A stretch of DNA of 64,000 nucleotides from an uncultured bacterium (GCA_963732385.1 CAVSZB010000007.1:224001-288000), one strand, 5' to 3'; counted from the first letter of the stretch, positions 33,722 to 42,658 are shown. The notes: a model not told the origin generated them from the letters alone. Made by a program: numbers and translations.

Positions 33722-35191
33722 ATGGCTGACGGCAGGATTCTGGTGGTCGACGACGAGGAATCGATGTGCCAGTACCTTTCCATCCTTCTGGAGAAGGAGG
33801 GGTACGAAGTGGCGACGGCCGGATCCGGTGCGGAGGCGCTGCGGCTGGCCGAGGAGCGGCCGTTCGATGTGGCGATGACGGATATCCAAATGCCGCGCAT
33901 GGACGGCATCCAGCTGCTGAAGGGGCTCAAGGGAATCGACCCGCAGACGCCGGTCATCATGCTCACTGCCTACGCCAGCGAACGATCGGCCATCGACGCG
34001 GTGAACATGGGTGCCTTTTCGTATCTGCAAAAGCACTGCAAGAACGACGAGATCAAGATCGCCGTGCGCAACGCGCTGGCGTTGCGGCGCGCCCAGAGCG
34101 AGAACTCGAAACTGCGGCGGGAACTGCGGCGCAAGCGCGGCAAGCTGCGCATCATCGGCCAGAGTCCGCGCATGCTCGCCGTCTTCAAGATGGTCGACAA
34201 GATCGCGGCCACCCCGGCCACGATCCTGATCGACGGCGAGAGTGGCACCGGCAAGGAACTGATCGCGCAGGCCATCCACGAGCGGAGCGAACGCTCGAGC
34301 CAGCCGTTCGTGGCGATAAACTGTGGCGCGATCCCGGAAACGCTGCTCGAGAGCCAGCTCTTCGGGCACGTCAAGGGCTCCTTCACCGGCGCCGACCGCG
34401 ATCACGACGGCTTCTGCCGGCAGGCCGAGGGCGGCACGATCTTTCTCGACGAGATCGGCGAAACGCCGCACGCCATCCAGGTCAAACTCCTGCGCATGTT
34501 GCAGGAGCGCGAGATCTACCCCGTCGGCGCGAGCAAGTCGATCAAGGTGGACCTGCGGGTGATCGCGGCGACGAATCGCGATCTCGAGGCGGAGGTCGCC
34601 GCCAACCGCTTCCGGACCGACCTCTACTACCGTCTCAACGTGATTCCGCTGAGCCTGCCGGCGCTGCGCGACCGTCCGGACGACGTGCCGCTGCTGGTGG
34701 ACCACTTCCTGCGCATGCACATGCCGGGCTACGCCGGCAATCTCGGCGCCGCGATTGACGATGCGGCCCTGCAGGCGCTCCAGGTCTACGAATGGCCCGG
34801 CAACGTGCGCGAACTGGAAAACGTGATCGAGCGGGCCAGCATCATCCGCGAAGGGGATCACATCACCCTGCGCGACCTGCCCGAGACGGTGCAGCGACCG
34901 GCCGGCGCCGGCGTACCCGACGGCAGCCTGCTCGGCCGCCACGTGCCGCTTGAGGAGATCGAGAAAGTGCACATCCTGCAGGTGCTCGACAGCGTGGGAG
35001 GGCACAAGAAGCGGGCGGCCGAGATCCTGCAGATAAACCCGTCCACGCTCTACCGGAAGTTGATCCGCTACGGATTCGCGGCGCCGGGCGGCGAGGGGGA
35101 GGACGGCGTGGAACTGGATATGATGGGGGCGGATGAGGCCGGGCCGGCGCTGGTCGGGCCCGACGGCGCGCCCCTGGACGACGAAGGGTGA
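33722..35191 (+). CDS. pilR: PilR-like sigma54-dependent response regulator (REC-AAA+-HTH)
   Basis: VVDDE/TDIQMP receiver, [41 protein letters not shown]-terminal HTH. Confidence 0.9.
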   Translation: MADGRILVVDDEESMCQYLSILLEKEGYEVATAGSGAEALRLAEERPFDVAMTDIQMPRMDGIQLLKGLKGIDPQTPVIMLTAYASERSAIDAVNMGAFSYLQKHCKNDEIKIAVRNALALRRAQSENSKLRRELRRKRGKLRIIGQSPRMLAVFKMVDKIAATPATILIDGESGTGKELIAQAIHERSERSSQPFVAINCGAIPETLLESQLFGHVKGSFTGADRDHDGFCRQAEGGTIFLDEIGETPHAIQVKLLRMLQEREIYPVGASKSIKVDLRVIAATNRDLEAEVAANRFRTDLYYRLNVIPLSLPALRDRPDDVPLLVDHFLRMHMPGYAGNLGAAIDDAALQALQVYEWPGNVRELENVIERASIIREGDHITLRDLPETVQRPAGAGVPDGSLLGRHVPLEEIEKVHILQVLDSVGGHKKRAAEILQINPSTLYRKLIRYGFAAPGGEGEDGVELDMMGADEAGPALVGPDGAPLDDEG

Positions 35192-35250
35192 ATCGGGCGC
35201 CCCGCGGGCGCGGGTTGCAGCCTGCCCGGCAGGCGCTGCCCGCCCCGACT

Positions 35251-35273
35251 GCCGACAGCTCGCCATTGTCGGC
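35251..35273. promoter_or_regulatory. Candidate PilR upstream activating sequence
   Basis: Perfect dyad GCCGACA-N9-TGTCGGC about 55-75 bp upstream of the sigma54 -24 box. Confidence 0.4.
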
Positions 35274-35325
35274 GTAACCCGAGGTGCTGCAATGAGATGG
35301 AAGTGATGGGCAACTCCGGATCCGT

Positions 35326-35341
35326 TGGCATGGACATTGCA
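35326..35341 (+). promoter_or_regulatory. Sigma54 -24/-12 promoter for the pilin genes
   Basis: TGGCAT-GGACA-TTGCA (GG-N10-GC). Confidence 0.8.
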
Positions 35342-35439
35342 AATGACGCTGCGATTAGCCAGCGGTCCACCAACGGTGGGCCCGGGACCATCTCCAGGCG
35401 AGGGTGAGGTCGTTCGCGACCGCAGAGGGAGGTACTCAA

Positions 35440-35871
35440 GTGTTCAATCGCAAGGGATTTACTCTGATCGAGCTCATGATCGTGGTGGTCATCATCGGCA
35501 TCCTGGCGGCGATCGCGATTCCGAACTTCATCAACATGCAGTCCCGTGCCAAGGAAGCCTCGGTGAAGTCGAACTGCCATACGGTGCAGCTCGCGGCCGA
35601 GGACTTCTCCGTGCAGAACGACGGCGTGTACGCCGCCGACACTGCTGACGCTCTGCCCAGTGGCGACACGATCGTCCTGCTGCTGCCCGGTGGCGCCCTG
35701 CTGGAGAATCCGTTCAGCAAGGTGGCGGACAGCCCGGTCAACGGTGCGGCGGCGGCGGTCGGCGAGGCCGGCTATCTGGTGCACACCGATGCGTCCGGCA
35801 TTCCTGACGGCTACACGATCAACGGCTTTGGCAAGACAGTCGAGATCATCTCGCTGACCAGCGGTCAGTAG
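35440..35871 (+). CDS. pilA: Type IVa major pilin (copy 1)
   Basis: GTG after GGAGG; short leader, G|FTLIEL cleavage site, E5, P22; first gene after the sigma54 promoter. Confidence 0.9.
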   Translation: MFNRKGFTLIELMIVVVIIGILAAIAIPNFINMQSRAKEASVKSNCHTVQLAAEDFSVQNDGVYAADTADALPSGDTIVLLLPGGALLENPFSKVADSPVNGAAAAVGEAGYLVHTDASGIPDGYTINGFGKTVEIISLTSGQ

Positions 35872-35883
35872 GATACCACCGAC

Positions 35884-35918
35884 AGGGCGGGGTCCGCTGC
35901 GAGCGGACCCCGCCCTTT
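35884..35918 (+). terminator. Strong hairpin (terminator/attenuator) between the two pilins
   Basis: AGGGCGGGGTCCGCT-GCG-AGCGGACCCCGCCCT, perfect 15-bp stem with a short T run. Confidence 0.7.
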
Positions 35919-35953
35919 GCACAGGCGACACGTCAGCAAAGGAGGATGGGGGC

Positions 35954-36397
35954 ATGTGGCGGCAAACCTCGCGGGCCGGCTTCACGCTCATCGAGTTGAT
36001 GGTGGTCGTCGTGGTGATCGGGATTCTGGCCACTCTGAGCATCTCCTCCTACATGAACATGCAGTCGCGGTCGAAGGAGGCGCGGGTGAAGGGCAACTGC
36101 CACACCGTGCAACTGACGGCCGAGGATTTTTCGGTCCAGAACGACGGCGTGTACGCGGCTGATCTGACCACGACCCTGGTGACTGGCGAAACGATCGTCG
36201 GTCTGCTGCCCGGCGGCGCGCTGCTGGAAAACCCGTTCACGCGGGCCGCCACCGAGCCGATCGTCGGCGCGGCGGCCACGATCGGCCAGACGGGGTACAG
36301 TTCGGTTGATCCGGATGGTGACGGTAATCCGGACGGGTATTCCGTGACCGGGTATGGAGAGAATCAGCTCATCATTACCGTCACCAGCGGCCAGTAG
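35954..36397 (+). CDS. Type IVa pilin paralog (copy 2)
   Basis: G|FTLIEL; colinear with copy 1 (NCHTVQL.AEDFSVQNDGVYAAD, LLPGGALLENPF, TSGQ). Confidence 0.88.
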   Translation: MWRQTSRAGFTLIELMVVVVVIGILATLSISSYMNMQSRSKEARVKGNCHTVQLTAEDFSVQNDGVYAADLTTTLVTGETIVGLLPGGALLENPFTRAATEPIVGAAATIGQTGYSSVDPDGDGNPDGYSVTGYGENQLIITVTSGQ

Positions 36398-36414
36398 CCC
36401 TCTCCGCTTCCCAC

Positions 36415-36430
36415 TGGCATTCCTGTTGCA
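36415..36430 (+). promoter_or_regulatory. Sigma54 promoter for the ABC/pilG-like/pilD operon
   Basis: TGGCAT-TCCTG-TTGCA. Confidence 0.7.
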
Positions 36431-36557
36431 AGGTCCTGCCCCCGCGCGGCGCAGCGGCGGTCTTCCGCGGCTGCGAAGCCACGCAGCGGCCTGTTTCCGG
36501 CCGCCGCCGGCGGGATTCCGGGCAGGGCCGGCGGCGGACGTCACCCGGGGAGAGTAT

Positions 36558-37649
36558 ATGGAGGAGACTGAGGGCATGAACGGGCCGGCGGCCTGCACGG
36601 TCGACGGACTGACCAAGAGCTACCGCGCCGGGTTCTGGGGGCGGCGGCGGGCCGCGGTGGCGGACGTCTCCTTCACCGTGCCACGCGGCGCGGTGATCGG
36701 GCTGCTCGGCCACAACGGCGCCGGCAAGACCACCACGCTCAAGGCGATCCTCGATCTGGTGCGTCCGGACGCCGGGCGCATCGAACTGCTGGGGCGCGAC
36801 CACCGCGACCGTCAGGCGCGGGCCGGCGTCGGCTACCTGCCGGAAAGCCCCTATTTCTACGACTATCTCACGGCGGGCGAGCTGCTCGATTTCTACGCGC
36901 GGCTCGGCGGCGTGCCGGCGCGGGAGCGGACCCGGCGCGCGGGCGAGGTGCTGGCGCTGGTCGGCATGACCGCCCACGCGCGCACACCGCTGCGCAAGTG
37001 CTCCAAGGGGATGCTGCAGCGGATCGGCCTGGCCCAGGCCATGGTGCACGATCCCGAACTGCTGATCCTCGACGAACCGATGTCCGGTCTCGATCCGCTC
37101 GGGCGCAAGGAGGTGCGCGACCTGCTCGGTGAGTTGCGCCGTCGCGGCCGGACGCTATTGATCTCCTCGCACATCGTGCCGGACCTCGAGGCGCTGGCCG
37201 ACGCGGTGGTCATGCTCAGCGAAGGGCGTCTGGCCGGCGTGTTCGATCTGCACGGGCCGGCCTCGCCCCAGTTCGAACTCTGGCTGGCGGAGCTGCCCCG
37301 CGACCCGCGCACGGTATCCCTGTGGCAGGCCGCGGCCCCACGCCCGGCCGGCGGCGGACGCCCCGGACTCGTGGTGACACTGACCGACCTGCCGCGCCTG
37401 CGTGCCGCGCTCGGCCTGTGCGCCGAGGCCGGCATCGACGTGCACGGCGTGACCTCGCGCCAGACCGGCCTGGAGGCGGCGTTCCTGAAGGCGATGGGCG
37501 CGAGAGCAGAGACCGTGGCCGCGCCGGCGGCGATCGCGTGCCCCGATATTCTCGAGGCTCCGGCGCCGGACGGCGTAGCCGCCACGCTCGACGCGGTCGC
37601 GGCGGAAGCCGAACTGATCGGCGCGGGCACGGAAGGGGGCCGGTCATGA
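36558..37649 (+). CDS. ABC transporter ATP-binding protein (Myxococcus PilH-like)
   Basis: GHNGAGKTT, GYLPE.PYFYDYLT, SKGMLQRIGLAQA, LDEPMSGLDP. Confidence 0.9.
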   Translation: MEETEGMNGPAACTVDGLTKSYRAGFWGRRRAAVADVSFTVPRGAVIGLLGHNGAGKTTTLKAILDLVRPDAGRIELLGRDHRDRQARAGVGYLPESPYFYDYLTAGELLDFYARLGGVPARERTRRAGEVLALVGMTAHARTPLRKCSKGMLQRIGLAQAMVHDPELLILDEPMSGLDPLGRKEVRDLLGELRRRGRTLLISSHIVPDLEALADAVVMLSEGRLAGVFDLHGPASPQFELWLAELPRDPRTVSLWQAAAPRPAGGGRPGLVVTLTDLPRLRAALGLCAEAGIDVHGVTSRQTGLEAAFLKAMGARAETVAAPAAIACPDILEAPAPDGVAATLDAVAAEAELIGAGTEGGRS

Positions 37650-38425
37650 CCGGATCTGGCGATCATGTCGCGGCGGTGGCGCTGAACACGTTCCGCGAAA
37701 CGGTGCGCGATCGGATTTTCTATCTCGTCGGCGTGTTCGGGCTGGTGCTGATCGGGAGCAGCGCGATTCTCTCCCCGCTCACCGTGGGGGCGCAGAGCAA
37801 AGTTGTGGCGGACGTCGGTCTCGCCTCGCTTTCCCTGTTCGGCCTGCTGGTGGTGGTCTTCGTGGGCAGCGGCATGCTGCACAAGGAGATCGACAAACGG
37901 ACGATCACCACCATCCTTGCCAAGCCGGTCTCGCGGCGCGCCTATGTGGTCGGCAAGTTCGGGGGTCTGATCCTGACCCTGGCCTGCATGCTGGCGGCGA
38001 TGGGGGCGCTGTTCCTGCTGGTCACGCTCCGGACCCCGGTCCCGCTCAACCTGGGGTACGCGGCGGCCTTCGTGTTCGCGTTCCTGGAACTGGCGGTCGT
38101 AACCGCCATGGCCGTGCTGCTGTCGACCTTCGTATCCCCGGTCCTGGCGGCGGTCCTGACCATCGCGCTGTTCGTGGTTGGGCATGTCAGCTCCGATCTG
38201 AAGGCGTTCGGCGCCCTGGTCGGGGGGCCGGTCCTGCGCCTGGCCACCAGCGTCCTGTTCTACGTCCTGCCCAACCTCGAAGTGTTCAACGTGCGCGGCG
38301 CCGTCGTCCATGGCGATCCGGTGTCGGGCGCGCATCTTTCGCTCGCCGCTCTGTACGCAACCTGTTACGTGGCGCTGTGCCTCGTGCTGGCCGGGGCGAT
38401 CTTCACCCGCCGGGAGTTGAAATGA
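37646..38425 (+). CDS. ABC transporter permease (Myxococcus PilI-like)
   Basis: ALNTFRETVRDRI, KEIDKRTI.TILAKPVSR..YVVGKF; multiple TMs; ATGA overlap with the upstream gene. Confidence 0.85.
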   Translation: MTGSGDHVAAVALNTFRETVRDRIFYLVGVFGLVLIGSSAILSPLTVGAQSKVVADVGLASLSLFGLLVVVFVGSGMLHKEIDKRTITTILAKPVSRRAYVVGKFGGLILTLACMLAAMGALFLLVTLRTPVPLNLGYAAAFVFAFLELAVVTAMAVLLSTFVSPVLAAVLTIALFVVGHVSSDLKAFGALVGGPVLRLATSVLFYVLPNLEVFNVRGAVVHGDPVSGAHLSLAALYATCYVALCLVLAGAIFTRRELK

Positions 38426-39198
38426 GCGGCGCGCGCGTACTTTGCGCCGGCTCCGGGCCCGGTGTCGCGACGCGGCACCATCCCTGGCCAGGCTGGCTGC
38501 CGACCATGCTGGCCGTCGTCGCGCTGGCGTGGGCCGTCGCCGGGCTGCTCGGGCGTCTGGAAGCGCGGCCGGCGGCGCGGGAGGACGAGCGGCTCTGGCT
38601 GCCGTCGGGTCTGTTCCTGCGCGAAAGCACCGCCGGCTTCCGCGAGGTGGCCGCCGACGCCCTCTGGTTCCAGGCGGTGCAGTACTACGGCGAATACCGC
38701 CACGGACGGCACGACCTGGCCTACTTCCGCGGCATGATGCGCGGCGTGACGACCCTCGATCCGCGTTTCCTGGAGGCGTATCGCTTCGGCGCGCTGGTCC
38801 TCGCCACGGACATGCGGGACGTGGCGGGTGGCATCGACCTGCTCCGGCGCGGCATCCAGGCCAATCCGGACTGCGCGATCCTCCCGTTCGAGGTGGGCTT
38901 TCTGCAGTGGGTCGTGCAGCGCGACTACGCGCGGGCCGCGACCTGGTTCGACGCCGCCTCGCGTGCTCCCGACGCCAGCGACTTCACGCGGCGCTTCGCG
39001 GCCTTCGCGCACAAGCGCGCCGGCCAGATCGAGGTCTCCTACGTCCTGTGGCGCAATCTGCGGGACACCACCTCCGATCCCGGCATGCGCGATCTCGCCG
39101 CGCGCATGATGGCTAAGATCGAACCGATACTGCGCGCTCGCGCCGAGGGTGGGGACGGGAGCGCCAACCTGGCGCCGGGCGGGGAGGTGCGTCCTTGA
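38422..39198 (+). CDS. Membrane-anchored TPR-like pilus accessory protein (PilG/XapA-like)
   Basis: N-terminal TM; ADALWFQAVQYYG...TTLDPRF..AY.FG; translationally coupled to the ABC permease. Confidence 0.6.
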   Translation: MSGARVLCAGSGPGVATRHHPWPGWLPTMLAVVALAWAVAGLLGRLEARPAAREDERLWLPSGLFLRESTAGFREVAADALWFQAVQYYGEYRHGRHDLAYFRGMMRGVTTLDPRFLEAYRFGALVLATDMRDVAGGIDLLRRGIQANPDCAILPFEVGFLQWVVQRDYARAATWFDAASRAPDASDFTRRFAAFAHKRAGQIEVSYVLWRNLRDTTSDPGMRDLAARMMAKIEPILRARAEGGDGSANLAPGGEVRP

Positions 39199-39989
39199 AC
39201 GCTATGGACGGTCTGCCGCGCGAGTTCGTCTGGGCCTGGCTGGCGCTGGCCGCCGGTCTGGGCGCCTGCTTCGGGAGTTTCGCGAACGTGCTCATCCACC
39301 GCCTGCCGCGCGACCTGAGCATCGTGCGCCCCCGTTCCCGCTGCCCCGGCTGCGGGCACCCCGTGCGTCCGCTCGACAACCTCCCGGTACTCTCGTGGTT
39401 GCTGCTGCGGGGCCGTTGTCGCGACTGTGGCGCCAGCATCTCCTCCCGCTACTTGCTGGTGGAAGCGGGCGGTGGCGCGGCGGGAGTGATCGCGCTGCTG
39501 CGTTTCGGCCCCGGCGCGCCGGCGCTCGCCGCGCTGCTGTTCCTCGTCGCCCTGCTCGCCATCGCGCTGATCGACTGGGAGTTCATGATCATCCCTCACA
39601 CGCTGACGGTCGGTGGCATGATCGCGGGGCTGACGCTGGCGGCATGGACGCCGGTCGGACTGCGCGGGGCGTTGCTGGGCGGGGCGCTCGGCGCGGGGAT
39701 CGTGCTGGCCCTGTCGCGCGGCTACCGGTTGATCCGCGGCACCGACGGCATGGGCGGGGGCGACGTGATGCTGATGGGTATGGTGGGGGTGTTCGCCGGC
39801 GCCTGGGGGGCGCTGGCGGTCCTCTTCGGCGGCGCCCTGCTCGGGACGCTCTACGCGCTCGCGCGGTATCGCACCACCCTGGCCGGCAAAACGCGCCTCC
39901 CATTCGGGACATTTCTTGCCGCCGCCGCCGCCGGGCTCTGCCTGGCGGGCGACGGACCGCTCCGCTGGTACCTCGCACTTCTGCGCTGA
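39195..39989 (+). CDS. pilD: Prepilin peptidase / N-methyltransferase
   Basis: GSFANVLIHRLP, SRCPGC, DNLPVLSWLLLRGRCRDC, GMGGGD, PFGTFL. Confidence 0.95.
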   Translation: MNAMDGLPREFVWAWLALAAGLGACFGSFANVLIHRLPRDLSIVRPRSRCPGCGHPVRPLDNLPVLSWLLLRGRCRDCGASISSRYLLVEAGGGAAGVIALLRFGPGAPALAALLFLVALLAIALIDWEFMIIPHTLTVGGMIAGLTLAAWTPVGLRGALLGGALGAGIVLALSRGYRLIRGTDGMGGGDVMLMGMVGVFAGAWGALAVLFGGALLGTLYALARYRTTLAGKTRLPFGTFLAAAAAGLCLAGDGPLRWYLALLR

Positions 39990-40013
39990 GGCGCGTTGCG
40001 GCGCAGATTCCGC

Positions 40014-40040
40014 TCAAGGGTCCGAATCCTCGGACGAATC
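40014..40040 (+). promoter_or_regulatory. Weaker sigma28-like promoter upstream of pilM
   Basis: TCAAGGGT-N11-GACGAATC. Confidence 0.35.
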
Positions 40041-40046
40041 TGCGTC

Positions 40047-40061
40047 TGGCATGCAGGTTGC
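40047..40061 (+). promoter_or_regulatory. Sigma54 promoter for pilMNOPQ
   Basis: TGGCAT-GCAGG-TTGC. Confidence 0.7.
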
Positions 40062-40146
40062 CCGTGGCGGCCCGGCGCGACGGTCGCGAAGGCGGGGGAG
40101 CCGCGGCTCGGCGCGTGACGACAACCCCCACAAGGCGGGATGCGAC

Positions 40147-41247
40147 ATGTTGGGATTCCTCAAGGGTCGGAAAAAGTCCTTAATAGGGCTGGATATCGGC
40201 TCCAACGTCGTCAAATGCCTCCGTCTGGAGACAGGTGGCGCTCGGCCGGTCATCACGCATTTTGCGATGGTGCCGCTGGTGCCCGAGGCGATCGTCGACG
40301 GGGAGATCATGGACCGTGAACTGGTCATCCAGGCGATCAAGGAGTGCGCGGAACTGGCGCACCTGCCGAACGAGCCGGTCGCCAGCGCGGTGTCGGGCCG
40401 CGCGGTGATCGTCAAGAAGATCGTCATGGACAAGATGAGCCAGACGGACGCCAGGGAGGCGATCTACTGGGAGGCGGAGCAGCACGTGCCGTTCGATATC
40501 GACGACATCTCGCTTGCCTTCCAGGTGTTGCGCGAAGACGTGGGCGCGAATCAGATGGAAGTGCTGCTGGTGGCGGCGAAGAAGGACATGATCCTCTCGC
40601 ATGCCGACCTGATCCGCGACGCCGGATTCAAGCCAGCTGTGATCGACGTGGCCTCATTCGCCAACCAGAACGCCTGGGAGTTCGCGCACGGAGCACAGGC
40701 GGTGGCCGCTGACGGCGAAACCTCCGCAACGGAGGGGGGGCGCACCGAGTTCGTAGCCCTTCTGGACGTGGGCGGCGGCGTCACGAATGTGAACATCATC
40801 CGCGACGGCGTGCCCTATTTCACGCGCGACCTGCCGATCGGCACCGCCCGCTTCACGGAGGAGTTCCAGAAGCAGCTCGGCCTGACCTTCGAGCAGGCGA
40901 CGGCGGCATCGCGCGGACACCTCGAGGGGCTCGACGTCGGCGCCGTCACGGAGATCGTCCGTGCGGTTGGCTCCGAGATCTACCACGGTCTCGAACCGTC
41001 GCTCTCCTATCTGCGCGCCGCGGGCGAGGCGGAGGGGATCGATCGCATCGTCATCAGCGGAGGCGGGGCGAAGCTGCCCGGTCTGCGCGAATTCCTGGCC
41101 GGCAGTTACGAGGTGCAGGCGGAGATCGCCGACCCGTTGTCCGCTCTCGACTACGGCCACGAGGTCTTCGGGGAGCATGACCCCGCCGAGCTGAGCCCGT
41201 TGCTCGCGGTGAGCGTCGGCCTCGCGCTGCGGAAGGCGGTGGAGTAA
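40147..41247 (+). CDS. pilM: Type IV pilus assembly protein PilM
   Basis: IGLDIGS, EAEQHVPF, VLLVAAKK, LDVG, SGGGAKLPGL, VGLALR. Confidence 0.95.
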   Translation: MLGFLKGRKKSLIGLDIGSNVVKCLRLETGGARPVITHFAMVPLVPEAIVDGEIMDRELVIQAIKECAELAHLPNEPVASAVSGRAVIVKKIVMDKMSQTDAREAIYWEAEQHVPFDIDDISLAFQVLREDVGANQMEVLLVAAKKDMILSHADLIRDAGFKPAVIDVASFANQNAWEFAHGAQAVAADGETSATEGGRTEFVALLDVGGGVTNVNIIRDGVPYFTRDLPIGTARFTEEFQKQLGLTFEQATAASRGHLEGLDVGAVTEIVRAVGSEIYHGLEPSLSYLRAAGEAEGIDRIVISGGGAKLPGLREFLAGSYEVQAEIADPLSALDYGHEVFGEHDPAELSPLLAVSVGLALRKAVE

Positions 41248-41876
41248 TGATCAGGATCAATCTCCTGCCCCAGGAAGAGGCGCCGTCCCAGCGCACGTTC
41301 AATCTGCCGAAGGTCGGCAGTGTGGTGCCGCTGGTCACCGTGATCGCGGTGGTGGCGGGTCTGGCTCTCGCGTTCACCTACCAGAGTCGGCGCATTGCCG
41401 ATCTTGGCACCACCATCTCGGGCGAGGAGGCGGAGGCGCGGCGCCTCGCGCCGGAGATCGCCAAGGTGCAGTCGCTCAACCGCGAGCGTGACGAGGTCAA
41501 CCGACGGCTGGACGTGATTACGCAGCTGGACCGGGACCGCTATTTTCGCGTGCATATGCTCGACGAATTGAACCGCGCCCTGCCGCAGCACACGTGGCTG
41601 ACCGTGTTCGAGGAGCAGGGGAGCAACCGGTTCGCGGTCGAAGGCGTGACCTTCTCGAATTTCCTGGTGAGCGACATCCTCCAGAACCTGAGTCGCTCGC
41701 CCTATATCACGTCCGTGGATCTCGTGGTGGCCGAAAAAGGCCTGATCAACGACGTCCCGGTGGTCAAGTTCAAGGCAACCGCGACGGCCACCCGGCAGCC
41801 CGCCGGCGGCACCGGCGCGGCCGTGGCCGACGGCACGCCGATCGCGGCGGCGGACGCTGCGGTCAGCGGCAGCTGA
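41247..41876 (+). CDS. pilN: Type IV pilus assembly protein PilN
   Basis: MIRINLLP motif, single TM, coiled coil, LP..TWLT. Confidence 0.92.
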   Translation: MIRINLLPQEEAPSQRTFNLPKVGSVVPLVTVIAVVAGLALAFTYQSRRIADLGTTISGEEAEARRLAPEIAKVQSLNRERDEVNRRLDVITQLDRDRYFRVHMLDELNRALPQHTWLTVFEEQGSNRFAVEGVTFSNFLVSDILQNLSRSPYITSVDLVVAEKGLINDVPVVKFKATATATRQPAGGTGAAVADGTPIAAADAAVSGS

Positions 41877-41894
41877 GGGGACGGAGGCTAACGC

Positions 41895-42647
41895 ATGGAC
41901 ATCGATGTGAAAGACCCGAAGGTCGTCAGGTGGCTGCTGGCTGTCCTGGTGATCCTCGTCGTGGTGCCGGTCTACTTCTTCACGACCGTGCTTCCGGTGA
42001 CCTACAAGGCCCGGCACGCGGAGATCGCGAAGCTCGAGGCGCGGCACCAGGAACTGGGCCGCGACCTGGAGAAGGCGCGTCTGCTGGTGCGCAACCTGGC
42101 GCGCGTGGAGAAGGAGTACCAGATCCTGCACGAGCAGTGGACCGTCGCGCAGTTGCTCCTGCCGCAGAAGAATGAGATGCCGTCGTTGTTGCGCAAGGTG
42201 ACCGCGGCCGGGAGCCAGTCGGGCGTGGAGTTCCAGCTCTTCAAACCGGGCGCCCCCGTGGCCCGGGAATTCTACGCTGAGAACCCGGTCGAAGTGAAGG
42301 TGCAGGGGGGATATCACCAGTTCGGCATCTTCCTGAGCCGGCTGGCCAACCTCAACCGCATCGTCAACGTCGGGAATCTGAAACTCAAGGGAATCGACAA
42401 GCAGGACGCGCAGCCCTACTCGGTCGAGGCCTCCATGACGATCTCGGCCTACACCCTCGAGGGGTCCGCCGTGCCGGAGCCCGTCGACCAGGGTGACGGC
42501 AGCAGGAAGCTGGCGCAGGCGAGCGAGTCCGACGAGGGCAAGACGGCCGCCGCAACCGGCGGCGCGGGCCCGGCCAAGACCAAGGTTTCCCGCGCCCGCG
42601 ATGCGGCCGCGAAGGCCTCTGCCGGCGCCGGCGCCGGCGGGCGCTAG
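41895..42647 (+). CDS. pilO: Type IV pilus assembly protein PilO
   Basis: TM, coiled coil, LLP..NEMPSLL, GGYHQFG.FL...ANL.RIV. Confidence 0.92.
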   Translation: MDIDVKDPKVVRWLLAVLVILVVVPVYFFTTVLPVTYKARHAEIAKLEARHQELGRDLEKARLLVRNLARVEKEYQILHEQWTVAQLLLPQKNEMPSLLRKVTAAGSQSGVEFQLFKPGAPVAREFYAENPVEVKVQGGYHQFGIFLSRLANLNRIVNVGNLKLKGIDKQDAQPYSVEASMTISAYTLEGSAVPEPVDQGDGSRKLAQASESDEGKTAAATGGAGPAKTKVSRARDAAAKASAGAGAGGR

Positions 42648-42658
42648 GAGGTGCGGGC

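Noticed and set aside
35440..36397. Pilin pair as a DGR template/variable repeat or silent antigenic-variation cassette
   Set aside because: No reverse transcriptase or recombinase in the window; differences are largely synonymous and not adenine-specific; both copies have an RBS and leader.
35440..36397. Conductive e-pilin
   Set aside because: Full-length (~137 aa mature) pilins with long aromatic-free stretches, unlike short aromatic-dense Geobacter pilins.
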